This document shows, piece after piece, positions 18,569 to 27,730 of a stretch of DNA of 64,000 nucleotides. Each line of letters starts with the position of its first letter. Positions within the stretch are counted from its first letter, which is position 1. The stretch spans positions 181,409-245,408 of the forward strand of contig CBDFFO010000010.1 in the NCBI GenBank assembly GCA_965246805.1. Direction: 5' to 3'. This DNA is from Caldimonas sp. GTDB lineage: Bacteria; Pseudomonadota; Gammaproteobacteria; Burkholderiales; Burkholderiaceae_C. The notes below the pieces were generated by a model, which saw only the letters and a program-made list of their open reading frames with translations, was not told the origin of the DNA and ran no database searches. Made by a program: the position numbers and the translations under genes.

Positions 18569-19222
18569 ATGAAGAAACTAAACAAGGTGGCGTCGCTTTT
18601 TGCAACCGCTGCTCTCGCATCATCCATGTCGGGCGCGTTTGCGCAAACGGTCGACAACTGGGTCAGCGGCACCGGTTTGCCTTGGAAGAACGGCACCAAC
18701 GATCTGTGCTGGCGTGACGGCACGTGGACGCCTGCCACGGCGCTCGCCGGATGCGACGGCGCGTTGGCGCCGGCCGCTCCGATCGTTCCGCCGCCCGCCA
18801 AGACGCAGCCCGCCACTCCGCCAGCTGCCACGCCTGCTGCTCCGGTCGTGGTCCCGGTGCCGATCAGCGAAAAGGTGACTTTCGCTGCCGACGCCTTCTT
18901 CGACTTCGACAAGTCGGTGCTGAAGCCGGAAGGTCGCGCGAAGCTCGACGACCTGGTGAGCAAGATGAGCGGCCTCAACCTGGAAGTGATCATCGCCGTC
19001 GGCCACACCGACTCCGTGGGTAGCGATGCCTACAACCAGGCCTTGTCCGTGCGTCGTTCGGAAGCCGTCAAGGCGTATCTGGTGAGCAAGGGCGTCGAGA
19101 ATAACCGCGTCTACACCGAAGGCAAGGGCGAGAAGCAACCGGTCGCCGACAACAAGACGGCCGATGGTCGCGCCAAGAACCGTCGCGTCGAGATCGAGGT
19201 CGTGGGCACGCGCGGCAAGTAA
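18569..19222 (+). CDS. ompA: OmpA-family outer membrane/peptidoglycan-binding protein
   Basis: Signal peptide, Pro/Ala linker, GHTDSVGSDAYNQALSVRR...NRRVEIEV. Confidence 0.93.
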   Translation: MKKLNKVASLFATAALASSMSGAFAQTVDNWVSGTGLPWKNGTNDLCWRDGTWTPATALAGCDGALAPAAPIVPPPAKTQPATPPAATPAAPVVVPVPISEKVTFAADAFFDFDKSVLKPEGRAKLDDLVSKMSGLNLEVIIAVGHTDSVGSDAYNQALSVRRSEAVKAYLVSKGVENNRVYTEGKGEKQPVADNKTADGRAKNRRVEIEVVGTRGK

Positions 19223-19265
19223 GCGCCATGCCCCCGAGTGCGGCGCCCCGGCGCCGCGCTTGCCG

Positions 19266-19296
19266 ACAAACCCCGCCACGGCGGGGTTTGTTTTTT
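19266..19296 (+). terminator. Rho-independent terminator after ompA
   Basis: Perfect inverted repeat ACAAACCCCGCC / GGCGGGGTTTGT followed by a T run. Confidence 0.9.
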
Positions 19297-19337
19297 AGCG
19301 CGCCAAGCCCGAGTCGGCCCTTCATTAAGATCGATAC

Positions 19338-20039
19338 ATGACCAACGCCGACCCGCTCGAGCTTGCCAAGTTCAGTGACCTCGCCCACGTGTGGTGGGAC
19401 ACCGATGGCGACTTCCGACCGCTCCACCAGATCAACCCGCTGCGGCTCGACTGGATCGACGGTCTCGCGGTCTTGAAGGGCAAGGCGGTGCTCGATGTCG
19501 GCTGCGGGGGCGGGATCCTGGCCGACTCAATGGCACGGCGTGGCGCCGACGTTCTCGGTATCGACCTCGCTGGCAAGGCGTTGAAGGTCGCGCAGTTGCA
19601 CGCGATCGAAGCGGCTACCGAACGTGTTCGTTACCGCGAAGTCGAAGTCGAGGCGCTCGCCGTCGAATCGCCCCGATCGTTCGATGTCGTGACCTGCATG
19701 GAAATGCTCGAGCACGTGCCCGATCCATCGTCGGTTGTGGGCGCGTGCGCTGCGTTGCTGAAGCCTGGCGGCTGGGCGTTCTTCTCGACCATCAATCGCA
19801 ACGCGAAGGCGTTCGTGTTCGCGATCGTCGGCGCTGAGCACCTGCTGCGGCTGCTTCCGAAGGGCACGCACGAGTACGCGAAGTTCATTCGGCCGAGCGA
19901 ACTCGCGCACTGGTGTCGCGATGCGGGTCTCGAGCTTGTGTCGACGCGCGGCATGGAATACAACCCGTTCACGAAACGCTACAAGCTGTCGTCCGACACC
20001 GGTGTCAACTTCCTCTTCGCGTGCCGGAAAGCATCTTGA
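19338..20039 (+). CDS. ubiG: Ubiquinone biosynthesis O-methyltransferase
   Basis: LHQINPLRL, LDVGCGGG, EMLEHVP, GTHEYAKFIRPSE. Confidence 0.96.
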   Translation: MTNADPLELAKFSDLAHVWWDTDGDFRPLHQINPLRLDWIDGLAVLKGKAVLDVGCGGGILADSMARRGADVLGIDLAGKALKVAQLHAIEAATERVRYREVEVEALAVESPRSFDVVTCMEMLEHVPDPSSVVGACAALLKPGGWAFFSTINRNAKAFVFAIVGAEHLLRLLPKGTHEYAKFIRPSELAHWCRDAGLELVSTRGMEYNPFTKRYKLSSDTGVNFLFACRKAS

Positions 20040-20701
20040 TACCGCGCGTCGCGGCGGTGCTGTTCGATCTTGATGGCACCTTGATCGACAGTGCACCCGA
20101 CCTCGCCGGCGCTGCCAACGAGATGCGCGCGGCTCGGGGCTTGGCACCCATGCCGTATGCCGACTTGCGGCGGATGGTCGGCTCCGGCGCGCGCGGGATG
20201 GTGCGCGTCGCGATGAACGCAACGCCCGAAGGCGAGGGCTATCTCGCGTTGCGCGATGAATTTCTCGAGCGCTACCAGGCGCGCATGACACGAGAAACCG
20301 TGGTGTTCGACGACGTGAAGCATCTTCTCGATGACTTCGATGCGGCAGCGATTCGTTGGGGCATCGTCACCAACAAGGCCGCGCGCTACGCCGAGCCGGT
20401 GGTCCGAAGCGTCGGGCTCGATACGCGGGCCGCGACGCTCGTGTGCGGCGACACCATGGCGCATTCGAAGCCGCATCCTGCACCCTTGCTCGAGGCCGCG
20501 CGCCGCATGGGCGTCGACCCCGAGCATTGCGTCTATGTCGGCGACGACTTGCGCGACGTGCAGGCCGGCCGCGCAGCCGCCATGACCACGGTGGCCGTGC
20601 GCTGGGGCTACCTCGGCGACGGCCCGGCGGTCGACGCCTGGGGCGCCGAACACATCGTGGCGACGGCGGCCGAATTGGCCCACCTGCTGATCGGACCTTG
20701 A
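20036..20701 (+). CDS. gph: Phosphoglycolate phosphatase (HAD family)
   Basis: FDLDGTLIDS, KPHPAP, YVGDDLRD. Start is approximate (TTG overlapping the ubiG stop). Confidence 0.88.
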   Translation: MIPRVAAVLFDLDGTLIDSAPDLAGAANEMRAARGLAPMPYADLRRMVGSGARGMVRVAMNATPEGEGYLALRDEFLERYQARMTRETVVFDDVKHLLDDFDAAAIRWGIVTNKAARYAEPVVRSVGLDTRAATLVCGDTMAHSKPHPAPLLEAARRMGVDPEHCVYVGDDLRDVQAGRAAAMTTVAVRWGYLGDGPAVDAWGAEHIVATAAELAHLLIGP

Positions 20702-20771
20702 TCACGCACGAACGCACGGCGATGGCCAGCCGCGCCCGCACCTCGACGCGCTCGCGTAAACTCCGCCTCCT

Positions 20772-21145
20772 GGGGCTGACCTGGCTTCGACGAGGGTTCG
20801 GAGTTGGAACAGTGCACGCCGAGCACCAGTTCGCTCGTAAATCCACTGGAAACAAAGTAACTGCGAACGATCAAACGTACGCTCTCGCCGCTTAAAACCG
20901 GTGAGCTTCGCAACAGTTGGCCGATGGGCTGGGTCTGAGGGGTAAAACCCGAAAGACTGCGAAGTCATACACATGGGCTCGTCCGGCGTCGCGTCATTCG
21001 GCGTCGGATCAAATCAAGTGAATCGGGATGACGGTAGCGTGCTGCTGCGCGACCGGCCTCCTTAAAACCAAATCAGTCAGCTAAGCGTGTAGATCTGCCT
21101 GACGATGGCTTTCGGACGGGGGTTCGATTCCCCCCAGCTCCACCA
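20772..21145 (+). ncRNA. ssrA: tmRNA (ssrA), tag peptide ANDQTYALAA at 20863-20895
   Basis: 5' GGGGCTGACCTGGCTTCGAC, 3' GGTTCGATTCCCCCCAGCTCCACCA, internal tag ORF ending ALAA-TAA. Confidence 0.97.
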
Positions 21146-21176
21146 GACTAGGTTCCGAACGGGAGCGCAAGTGACC

Positions 21177-21212
21177 AAGGCCCTAAGCAAATCAACGGCT
21201 TAGGGCCTTTTT
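21177..21212 (+). terminator. Rho-independent terminator downstream of ssrA
   Basis: AAGGCCCTAAGC-N9-GCTTAGGGCCTT followed by TTT. Confidence 0.85.
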
Positions 21213-21227
21213 CACGTCCACATGCGA

Positions 21228-21317
21228 CCGGGTAACAGCGCTTGCATCTTGCTGCGGACCGGGTAACATACCGGGTAACTCATCTCATGCGGCCTTAGGC
21301 GGCAGAAAGTTACCCGG
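21228..21317. repeat. Left-end integrase arm-type repeats CCGGGTAAC
   Basis: Direct copies at 21228, 21259 and 21271; inverted copy GTTACCCGG at 21309-21317. Confidence 0.75.
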
Positions 21318-22615
21318 TGGCAGCGACAGACATCTTGAGCGACAAGGCAGTCAAGGCGGCGCTGAAAGCGGCCGTCGTGGGTGGCAAGACGCGCAAGATC
21401 AGCGACGGCGGCGGCCTCTATCTGGAAACCCGCCCGACCGGCGCGGGCTGGTGGCGCCTTCGGTACTGGATCGACAGCCGCGAGGGGATGCTCAGCCTGG
21501 GCACCTACCCGGCGGTCACGCTCGCCGAGGCCCGCGAGCGCCGTGACGAGGCGAAGCGCCTGATCGCCTCGGGCGTCAACCCGAGCGACGCACGGAAAGA
21601 CGACAAGGCTCGCCGCGATCACCAGCGCAAGACTTTCGCGATGGCCGAGGCAGGCTTGGCCGTCACCGGCTCATTCGAACAGGTCGCCCGCGATTGGCTC
21701 ACGACAGTTCATGAGTCGAAGGTGAGCGCGGGACATGCCGAGCGCACCCGGATCCGCTTGGAGCAAGACGTTTTCCCGTGGCTCGGCAAGCGACCCATCA
21801 ACGAGATCGAGGCGCCGGAGCTGCTGGCCTGCCTTCGCCGTGTAGAAGCTCGCGGCGCCATCGAGACTGCCCACCGCATCAAGGACGCCTGCGGCCAGGT
21901 GTTCCGCTACGGCATCGCGACTGGTGCGTGCCAGAGAAACCCCGCCGCCGACCTACGCGATGCGCTCCGCCCGGTGGAGACACGGCACCTCGCTGCGATC
22001 GTCGAGCCGGTGAAGGCGGGCGCATTGCTGCGCGACATGGTCGGCTACGAGGGCCACCCTGTAACGCGCGTGGCGCTGGCGCTGTCGGCGCTGCTGCTGC
22101 TGCGCCCGGGAGAGCTGCGGAACATGGAGTGGGCTTGGGTGAACTTCGACTCATCGACCCTGACCGTCCCTGCGGAGGTCATGAAGCGTTCGAAGGCCGA
22201 CAAGGCCGGCGGCCCGCCGCACCTCGTGCCCCTCGCACCGCAGGCCGTGGCGCTGCTGCGCGATCTCCAGCCGCTAACCGGGCATGGCCGGTACGTCTTC
22301 CCGTCGCTGCTCACCGGCGAGCGCTGCATGAGCGAGAACACGGTGAGGAGTGCTCTGCGCCGCATGGGTTACAGCAACGACGACATGACCGCACATGGCT
22401 TCCGCGCAATGGCCCGCACCATGATCGCGGAACGATTGAACGTGGGGCCTGAAGTCATCGAGGCGCAGCTAGCGCACACGGTATCTGACTCGCTTGGCCG
22501 GGCCTACAACCGCACGCAGTACCTCGACCAACGCCGCGAAATGATGTCGACCTGGGCTGACTATCTCGACCGCCTACGCGCTGGCGCGCAAGTGGTGCCG
22601 CTCATGGTCGCCTGA
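21317..22615 (+). CDS. int: P4-like tyrosine integrase with arm-DNA-binding domain
   Basis: N-terminal DGGGLYL...W.LRY...LSLGTYP.VTLAEAR; catalytic R (LLRPGE), HGFR, QLAH, AYN. Confidence 0.95.
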   Translation: MAATDILSDKAVKAALKAAVVGGKTRKISDGGGLYLETRPTGAGWWRLRYWIDSREGMLSLGTYPAVTLAEARERRDEAKRLIASGVNPSDARKDDKARRDHQRKTFAMAEAGLAVTGSFEQVARDWLTTVHESKVSAGHAERTRIRLEQDVFPWLGKRPINEIEAPELLACLRRVEARGAIETAHRIKDACGQVFRYGIATGACQRNPAADLRDALRPVETRHLAAIVEPVKAGALLRDMVGYEGHPVTRVALALSALLLLRPGELRNMEWAWVNFDSSTLTVPAEVMKRSKADKAGGPPHLVPLAPQAVALLRDLQPLTGHGRYVFPSLLTGERCMSENTVRSALRRMGYSNDDMTAHGFRAMARTMIAERLNVGPEVIEAQLAHTVSDSLGRAYNRTQYLDQRREMMSTWADYLDRLRAGAQVVPLMVA

Positions 22616-22716
22616 AGAACCCGCGCTGCCCGGTAGGCAGCAAGTCGGCCGAGCCAGGTGCAGTAACACCTGACCCGACCTAACCACAACGTGCAAACCT
22701 GAAAGGACCGCACACC

Positions 22717-22908
22717 ATGGCTACTTCTCACTTTAACTGCTGGGCCACCGTGCCCGGAGGCGCGATCAAGCGCTTGGATGTTTATGCGTGCTGCCAGCGC
22801 GACGCACTGCGGCTGGCTTTCGATGCCGTGCCAGGGGCGGTCTGCATGAGCTGTCGTGAAACCGAAGTCGATGCATTCGTGGGTCAACCTTCGAGGAGCG
22901 GCAAATGA
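22717..22908 (+). CDS. Small hypothetical protein (63 aa)
   Basis: Possible RBS (AGGA) upstream; stop overlaps the next start (ATGA). Confidence 0.5.
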   Translation: MATSHFNCWATVPGGAIKRLDVYACCQRDALRLAFDAVPGAVCMSCRETEVDAFVGQPSRSGK

Positions 22909-23231
22909 CTGCAACAACCAACGCGACTACGAAGAACTCTTTTGAAGTCGACATCGACAGTTGCTACTTGATCCGATCCGAGGCCGACATCGACAAGGCG
23001 CCGGCTTTGATCATCAATCCCGAAGCGTCCGACCTGCGGCTGATATCTGCTGCCATGCGTCGCGCAGACGGCATCCAGAAGATGCTCGACGCGTGGTCGC
23101 GGATGGAGGATGGGAACGTTCAAGTGCGCGAGGTGACATGTGTTCTGGAGCCGATCGCACAGGAGGTGATGCTTCTGTTGGACGCCGCCACCGATCGCAT
23201 GTTCAAGAAGGCTCAAGAGGCGAAGGCATGA
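22905..23231 (+). CDS. Hypothetical protein (108 aa)
   Basis: ATGA overlaps on both sides; plausible helical protein. Confidence 0.6.
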   Translation: MTATTNATTKNSFEVDIDSCYLIRSEADIDKAPALIINPEASDLRLISAAMRRADGIQKMLDAWSRMEDGNVQVREVTCVLEPIAQEVMLLLDAATDRMFKKAQEAKA

Positions 23232-23578
23232 GCGCCGTCATCGAGTACCCGGAAGGCACGGTGGCCGTCCTTTCGACCACACCGGTGAGCGGTATCCGCA
23301 TGTTGAGCGGCCGGACCTGCACCTACCCCCCTGCGATCGATGCCCGCGACCTCGTCGAGGTTGACTTTGACGTGCGCGGCGCGGGAACGGGGGGCGGCCT
23401 GTATCTGGTCGAGGTTCAAGGAGCCAAAGCAGGCATATGCCGGAGGTTCATCACCACCCCTCACGGCCTCGAAGTCGACCGTACGGGCAATGGCGATTGG
23501 CAGTTCATAGATCTCGACGCGGTGGGCTGGCGAATCGTCGGCTTGGTGCGGCAGGTCTACAAGCCTGCCGGCACGTAA
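23228..23578 (+). CDS. Stand-alone S24/CI C-terminal-like domain protein with no HTH
   Basis: Pattern AIDARDLVEVDF...GGLYLVEV...ICRRF...WRIVGLVRQV resembles the phage-repressor/LexA C-terminal domain. Confidence 0.55.
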   Translation: MSAVIEYPEGTVAVLSTTPVSGIRMLSGRTCTYPPAIDARDLVEVDFDVRGAGTGGGLYLVEVQGAKAGICRRFITTPHGLEVDRTGNGDWQFIDLDAVGWRIVGLVRQVYKPAGT

Positions 23579-23588
23579 CGCATCGTTT

Positions 23589-24377
23589 ATGAGCAGTCCA
23601 TCAAAGGCTCGCTGTGAGCTTTACGACATGGCTGGCTTCGCGCATAGATGCGTTGTCGATGCGGAAGTCACCTACGGTCAAAACGCCCTAAGAACAATTG
23701 CCTTCCCCACAGCGTTTACCCGGCCGTTCTCGCTTGCCGACCTTGTTGACGGAGCTGCCCCGTTCGAGAGCGGCGAGCGCCTAAACGGCACTCGCTCGGA
23801 GCGTTTTTTACAGCTGTACAAGTGGTTGCGTCAGTTCCCTGGTTACCAGGCCATAAGCGACCGGGCTTCGATTACATCGGCGTTGGGGTCGTTCCGAAGG
23901 GTTCAGCAAAAGCGTCGCGACGATCCCAAGTTCAGCGATGGGGCGGCTGATTTCCGTTTTTGGCGGTGCGCGGCTTTGGCTGTAGCAGCCGCCGATTTGA
24001 AATACATACGGCCACCAAATGCTGACCAGAGGAGGAAGGCGGTCAAGGCAATCGACGTATTGCTCAAGGTTGATTTGGAAGCAGCCGCTTTTGATGTTCT
24101 AGAGTCGGCAGGCGATGAAGATCGGCTCATCGCTCTCCTTCGAACTCTCAGAGGCTCACTGACATCAGTTGAACGACGGGATCGTTCGGACGACTTCAGT
24201 TCCGGTCGAGAGTTCGTCTTCAACCTCGCTTCGGTTTTAGATGACGCTTTCGGCTATGTCTCGCAAGCGATGGTGTGGCAGCTAGCCTCTCTGCACGATC
24301 GCATTCCAGATCAGAGCACGGTCGAAGACATCGTCAAGCGCATGAACCGGATGCATCGTTCTCGCAAAGAGGTCTAG
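23589..24377 (+). CDS. Hypothetical protein (262 aa), visibly lower GC
   Basis: Long ORF filling the gap before alpA; no recognisable motif. Confidence 0.65.
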   Translation: MSSPSKARCELYDMAGFAHRCVVDAEVTYGQNALRTIAFPTAFTRPFSLADLVDGAAPFESGERLNGTRSERFLQLYKWLRQFPGYQAISDRASITSALGSFRRVQQKRRDDPKFSDGAADFRFWRCAALAVAAADLKYIRPPNADQRRKAVKAIDVLLKVDLEAAAFDVLESAGDEDRLIALLRTLRGSLTSVERRDRSDDFSSGREFVFNLASVLDDAFGYVSQAMVWQLASLHDRIPDQSTVEDIVKRMNRMHRSRKEV

Positions 24378-24510
24378 CGGTAGCGGGGGGAGAAGCCGGG
24401 CGTAATTCGCGTGCGTTTGCCCCCCCGGTGAAAAGCATCGTTTATCGGCCGTGAAAGGTGACCCACCAGCGGCCACCCACCGGCCAAAGTCACTTCCATC
24501 GCAACTGCGC

Positions 24511-24849
24511 ATGGAGCCTCAAGTGAACCCAAGACGAGAACAGAACCCGGTCGTTCGGCCGGTGCCGACCCAGCTAGCAGACGTTGCGCTGCTCGACATC
24601 AACGACCTGCGAGCCGCGGTCAGGATGTCCGCAAGCTGGGTGCTGGAGGAAGTTCGGTCGGGTCGATTCCCGGCACCGGTGATTCGGCAGTCACGCTGCA
24701 CACGGTGGCGCGCCTCGGATGTCCGCGATTACCTGATCAAACGTGCGCAGACCGTCGACATAGCTGCGGCCGAGACGGTGACCGCTCGGGCGAAGAAGGC
24801 CAGCGCAGCGGCGCAGGTCAAGCGTGTCGCGGCAGCGGCCGAGCAGTGA
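24511..24849 (+). CDS. alpA: AlpA-family transcriptional regulator / excisionase
   Basis: DINDLRAAVRMSASWVLEEVRSGRFPAPV...RWRASDV. Start uncertain (24451 or 24511). Confidence 0.8.
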   Translation: MEPQVNPRREQNPVVRPVPTQLADVALLDINDLRAAVRMSASWVLEEVRSGRFPAPVIRQSRCTRWRASDVRDYLIKRAQTVDIAAAETVTARAKKASAAAQVKRVAAAAEQ

Positions 24850-24858
24850 AGGGGGCGA

Positions 24859-25030
24859 CATGCACCCCCAACTTCACGCCCGTCGGGCGGGCTCTATCAC
24901 GCCCCATAAAGACGAAAGGCCAGCCGTTTGCACCGGTGGCCCTTCGAGATTTCAACCAAAGACAAGTTCGAATTCTGGCCTTCAAGGCACCATCCGGCAA
25001 GTCTCCCTGCTGATAGGTGGTGCGGCATGA
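24859..25030 (+). CDS. Small phage-type hypothetical protein
   Basis: ORF ends ...IGGAA* with an ATGA overlap into the next ORF. Confidence 0.4.
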
Positions 25031-25194
25031 CGCCGGCCAAGCCGGCGGAGGCCTCGAAGCATCTGCATTCACTCCTGTTCGCACCCTGCACCTGTCGCTT
25101 GTCCGGTGGCGCCTTGTGCTTGGTGTGTCTGCGGTGGAGGCGGCACTATGGCCGCGTGCAGGTTCGCCGCCAGCTCTGGAGCATTGCCCGATGA
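25027..25194 (+). CDS. Small Cys-rich protein (CTC...CLVC), 55 aa
   Basis: ATGA overlaps at both ends; four Cys in a CxC/CxxC arrangement. Confidence 0.5.
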   Translation: MTPAKPAEASKHLHSLLFAPCTCRLSGGALCLVCLRWRRHYGRVQVRRQLWSIAR

Positions 25195-25622
25195 GCGGCG
25201 CAATCGATTTGCTGCTGTCAAGGCTGCCCGACCACAAGCCCACCGGCCGAGATCGCTGGCGTAGCGGATGCCCTGTCTGCGGCGGAAGCAGCAAGTCCGC
25301 GCTATCGATCGGCATCGGGGACACCGGAGCGGTCCTGGTCACTTGCTTCAAAGGGGGCTGCGGTCCGGACGAGATCGCGGGAGCGGTTGGACTTGTGATC
25401 GAGGATCTATTCCCGCCTCGTGAGGCCGCTGGTCGACCATTGGCCCGTCGCCGAATGATCAGCGACAGACAGGCGCTCGATCTGATGCACGAGGAATCCA
25501 ACTTGGTCTTCGTCGCCGCCGCCAACATCGGCAACGGTATCGAGCTCACCGATGTTGACCGTGCGCGCCTGCTGCAGGCCGCTGCGCGGATCGCTTACTT
25601 GCGCGAAGAGGTCATGTCTTGA
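25191..25622 (+). CDS. Primase-type zinc-binding domain protein
   Basis: WRSGCPVCGG...LSIG...VLVTCFKGGCG, typical of primase Zn-finger N-termini in satellites. Confidence 0.75.
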   Translation: MSGAIDLLLSRLPDHKPTGRDRWRSGCPVCGGSSKSALSIGIGDTGAVLVTCFKGGCGPDEIAGAVGLVIEDLFPPREAAGRPLARRRMISDRQALDLMHEESNLVFVAAANIGNGIELTDVDRARLLQAAARIAYLREEVMS

Positions 25623-26914
25623 GCCGCTACGCAAATGGTTCTGGCGCCGCTGCCGTTGATGGCGCGATCAAGGTCCGTGGTGGTGCGGCTCCGGTAGTTG
25701 CGCGACACCAAGGGGAGCCCACTGGGGAAGCGATCGCCGTTCGGCTGGTTCGAGGCGACACAGTGACGCTGGAGCCCGTGCGCTGGTTATGGCCGGGCTT
25801 CCTGCCCGCGGCCATGCTGACGATCTTGGGCGGCGCTCCGGGCTGTGGCAAGACCACCATCGCGCTGTCGCTCGCGGCCACCGTCAGCAGCGCCGGCACC
25901 TGGCCCGGTGGTGTGACTCGCGCAACGGCGGGCGACGTGCTCATCTGGAGCGGCGAGGATGCGCACCCGGTACTCGCCGCCCGTCTAGCAGCTATGGGCG
26001 CCGACATGAAGCGCGTTCATTTCATCGACGGCATTTCCGGCAGCGAGGGCGAGGCGTTCGACCCCGGCCGAGATATGCCCCTTCTTGAAGCGGCGGCTGT
26101 GCGGCTCGTGGCGCCACGGCTGCTGATCCTGGACCCCATCGTGTCGGCGGTCTCAGGCGACTCGCACAAAGGCGCCGAGGTGCGCAGATCGCTCCAGCCA
26201 GTGGTGGCCCTCGCCCAGCGGCTCGGGTGCGCCGTGGTGGGCGTTACGCACTTCAGCAAGGGCACAGCGGGCCGTGATCCAGCGGAACGCATCACCGGAA
26301 GCATCGCGTTCGCCGCCCTTGCGCGGCTGGTGCTCGTGGCCGCCAAGGTGCAAGCCGATGAGGGCGGAGAGCCGAAGCGCGTGCTGGTGCGGGCGAAGTC
26401 CAACATCGGGCCGGACGACGGCGGGTTCGCCTATTCGCTCGATCGGGTGATAGTGGCTCCCGAAGTCGAAGGGCAGCGAGTTCTGTGGCTGGAGGCGCTG
26501 GAGGGTTCGGCGCGTGATGTGCTCGCCGAAGCGGAAGCCAATCCCGAGGGCAACGAGGAATCGTCTGCGCTGGACGAGGCGATCGAGTTTCTCGAGTCCG
26601 AGCTGGCGTATGGGGCGAAGCCGGTGATGGAGATTTACCGGGAGGCGCGGAGGTCTGGGCACAGTGATCGAACTCTCAAGCGAGCCAAATTGCAGCTCAG
26701 CGTCGCATCACTCAAGGAAAAAGCGGGCTGGGTGTGGCATCTGCCGTCCAAGGGTGCCAAGGGTGCCAACAGTGCCAAGGAAACCAGGCATGAAGCACAC
26801 GGCCCCCTTGCCGAAAACTTCAAGGGTGCCAGCGAATCACCCCTTGGAACACTTGGCCCCCTTGGCCCCCTTGGCCCCCTTGGCCCCCTTGCCGATGATG
26901 GCGAGGTGTTCTGA
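25619..26914 (+). CDS. AAA_25/RepA-like RecA-fold replicative helicase
   Basis: EPVRWLWPG, Walker A GAPGCGKT, Walker B LLILDP, HFSKG, R..GSIAF..LAR, KSNIG. Confidence 0.88.
   Translation: MSRYANGSGAAAVDGAIKVRGGAAPVVARHQGEPTGEAIAVRLVRGDTVTLEPVRWLWPGFLPAAMLTILGGAPGCGKTTIALSLAATVSSAGTWPGGVTRATAGDVLIWSGEDAHPVLAARLAAMGADMKRVHFIDGISGSEGEAFDPGRDMPLLEAAAVRLVAPRLLILDPIVSAVSGDSHKGAEVRRSLQPVVALAQRLGCAVVGVTHFSKGTAGRDPAERITGSIAFAALARLVLVAAKVQADEGGEPKRVLVRAKSNIGPDDGGFAYSLDRVIVAPEVEGQRVLWLEALEGSARDVLAEAEANPEGNEESSALDEAIEFLESELAYGAKPVMEIYREARRSGHSDRTLKRAKLQLSVASLKEKAGWVWHLPSKGAKGANSAKETRHEAHGPLAENFKGASESPLGTLGPLGPLGPLGPLADDGEVF
26748..26893. repeat. Inverted arrays of 9-bp repeats (putative iterons/ori)
   Basis: About 4 copies of CCAAGGGTG on + (26748-26780) facing 6 copies of CCCCTTGGC (26840-26893; reverse complement GCCAAGGGG). 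Confidence 0.7.
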
Positions 26915-27387
26915 TGGGAGCGCCGGACCTGTTGACGTACCTACGCGATGCGGGGTTTGCGGTCGCGCTGGTCGGCGGAGGAATTCGAGTGGCGCCGGCC
27001 GCCGCACTGACCGACACCGATCGAGAGGCGATCAAGGCACACCGTGGTGAACTGCTGGCCCTGCTGGCGCCCGTCCGAAAGGAACCCATTGCGCTTTCAG
27101 AACCCTGGACGGACAGCGACGCCGCGAAATTTGTCGACCGACGCGACCGGCTGACCCGATGGGGGTGGCCGCTTGCCCAATCTGAGGCAATCGCTGATCG
27201 TCTTGTACGTCGCGATCAGGAAGGTGATGACCGCCGGATGTGTGTCGAGTGCAGCCATCTCGGCGAACGTGGGCGATGCCTGGCCGCAGCGGCGGGGCGT
27301 TTGAGCGGCACCGACCGACGACACGAACCCGTGCCCGACATCCTTCAGCGCTGCGAAGGCTTCGGCCTAAGGAAGGGACTCACATGA
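26914..27387 (+). CDS. Hypothetical protein typical of satellite replication modules
   Basis: TGATG coupling to the helicase; DRRMCVECSHL...RC Cys cluster. Confidence 0.65.
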   Translation: MGAPDLLTYLRDAGFAVALVGGGIRVAPAAALTDTDREAIKAHRGELLALLAPVRKEPIALSEPWTDSDAAKFVDRRDRLTRWGWPLAQSEAIADRLVRRDQEGDDRRMCVECSHLGERGRCLAAAAGRLSGTDRRHEPVPDILQRCEGFGLRKGLT

Positions 27388-27399
27388 CGCGACAGCCCC

Positions 27400-27681
27400 A
27401 TGCCTAGCGTCAACCGCCCCCGCATCGACTGGATGCCCGGCAAAGCCGCCCAAGCCGCCTTGCGAACGGCCGAACAGCGACGCCCGGATCTGCGTCAACA
27501 AGCGCTGATCGACTGGATCGTCATCGTCGGCGTGTCCGCGATCGAGCACCATCCCTGGTGTCCCCCCGCTCTGCATGGCCGCAACCGTGACACCTGGATC
27601 GCACGGCCCGCCGCACTCCCGGTAGACAGCTGCGCCACGCATACCGAAAAGCGAAAGGCACCGGGAACGGACACGAGCTGA
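27400..27681 (+). CDS. Hypothetical protein (93 aa)
   Basis: ORF in the same operon direction; no motif recognised. Confidence 0.45.
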   Translation: MPSVNRPRIDWMPGKAAQAALRTAEQRRPDLRQQALIDWIVIVGVSAIEHHPWCPPALHGRNRDTWIARPAALPVDSCATHTEKRKAPGTDTS

Positions 27682-27730
27682 AGGTCGCCCGTCGACATTG
27701 CTCCGCATTCACCCACGTTGCGGAGCGCAT

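Noticed and set aside
20356-20895. 179-aa ORF ending ANDQTYALAA
   Set aside because: It is only the tmRNA tag frame extended upstream into gph, not a real gene.
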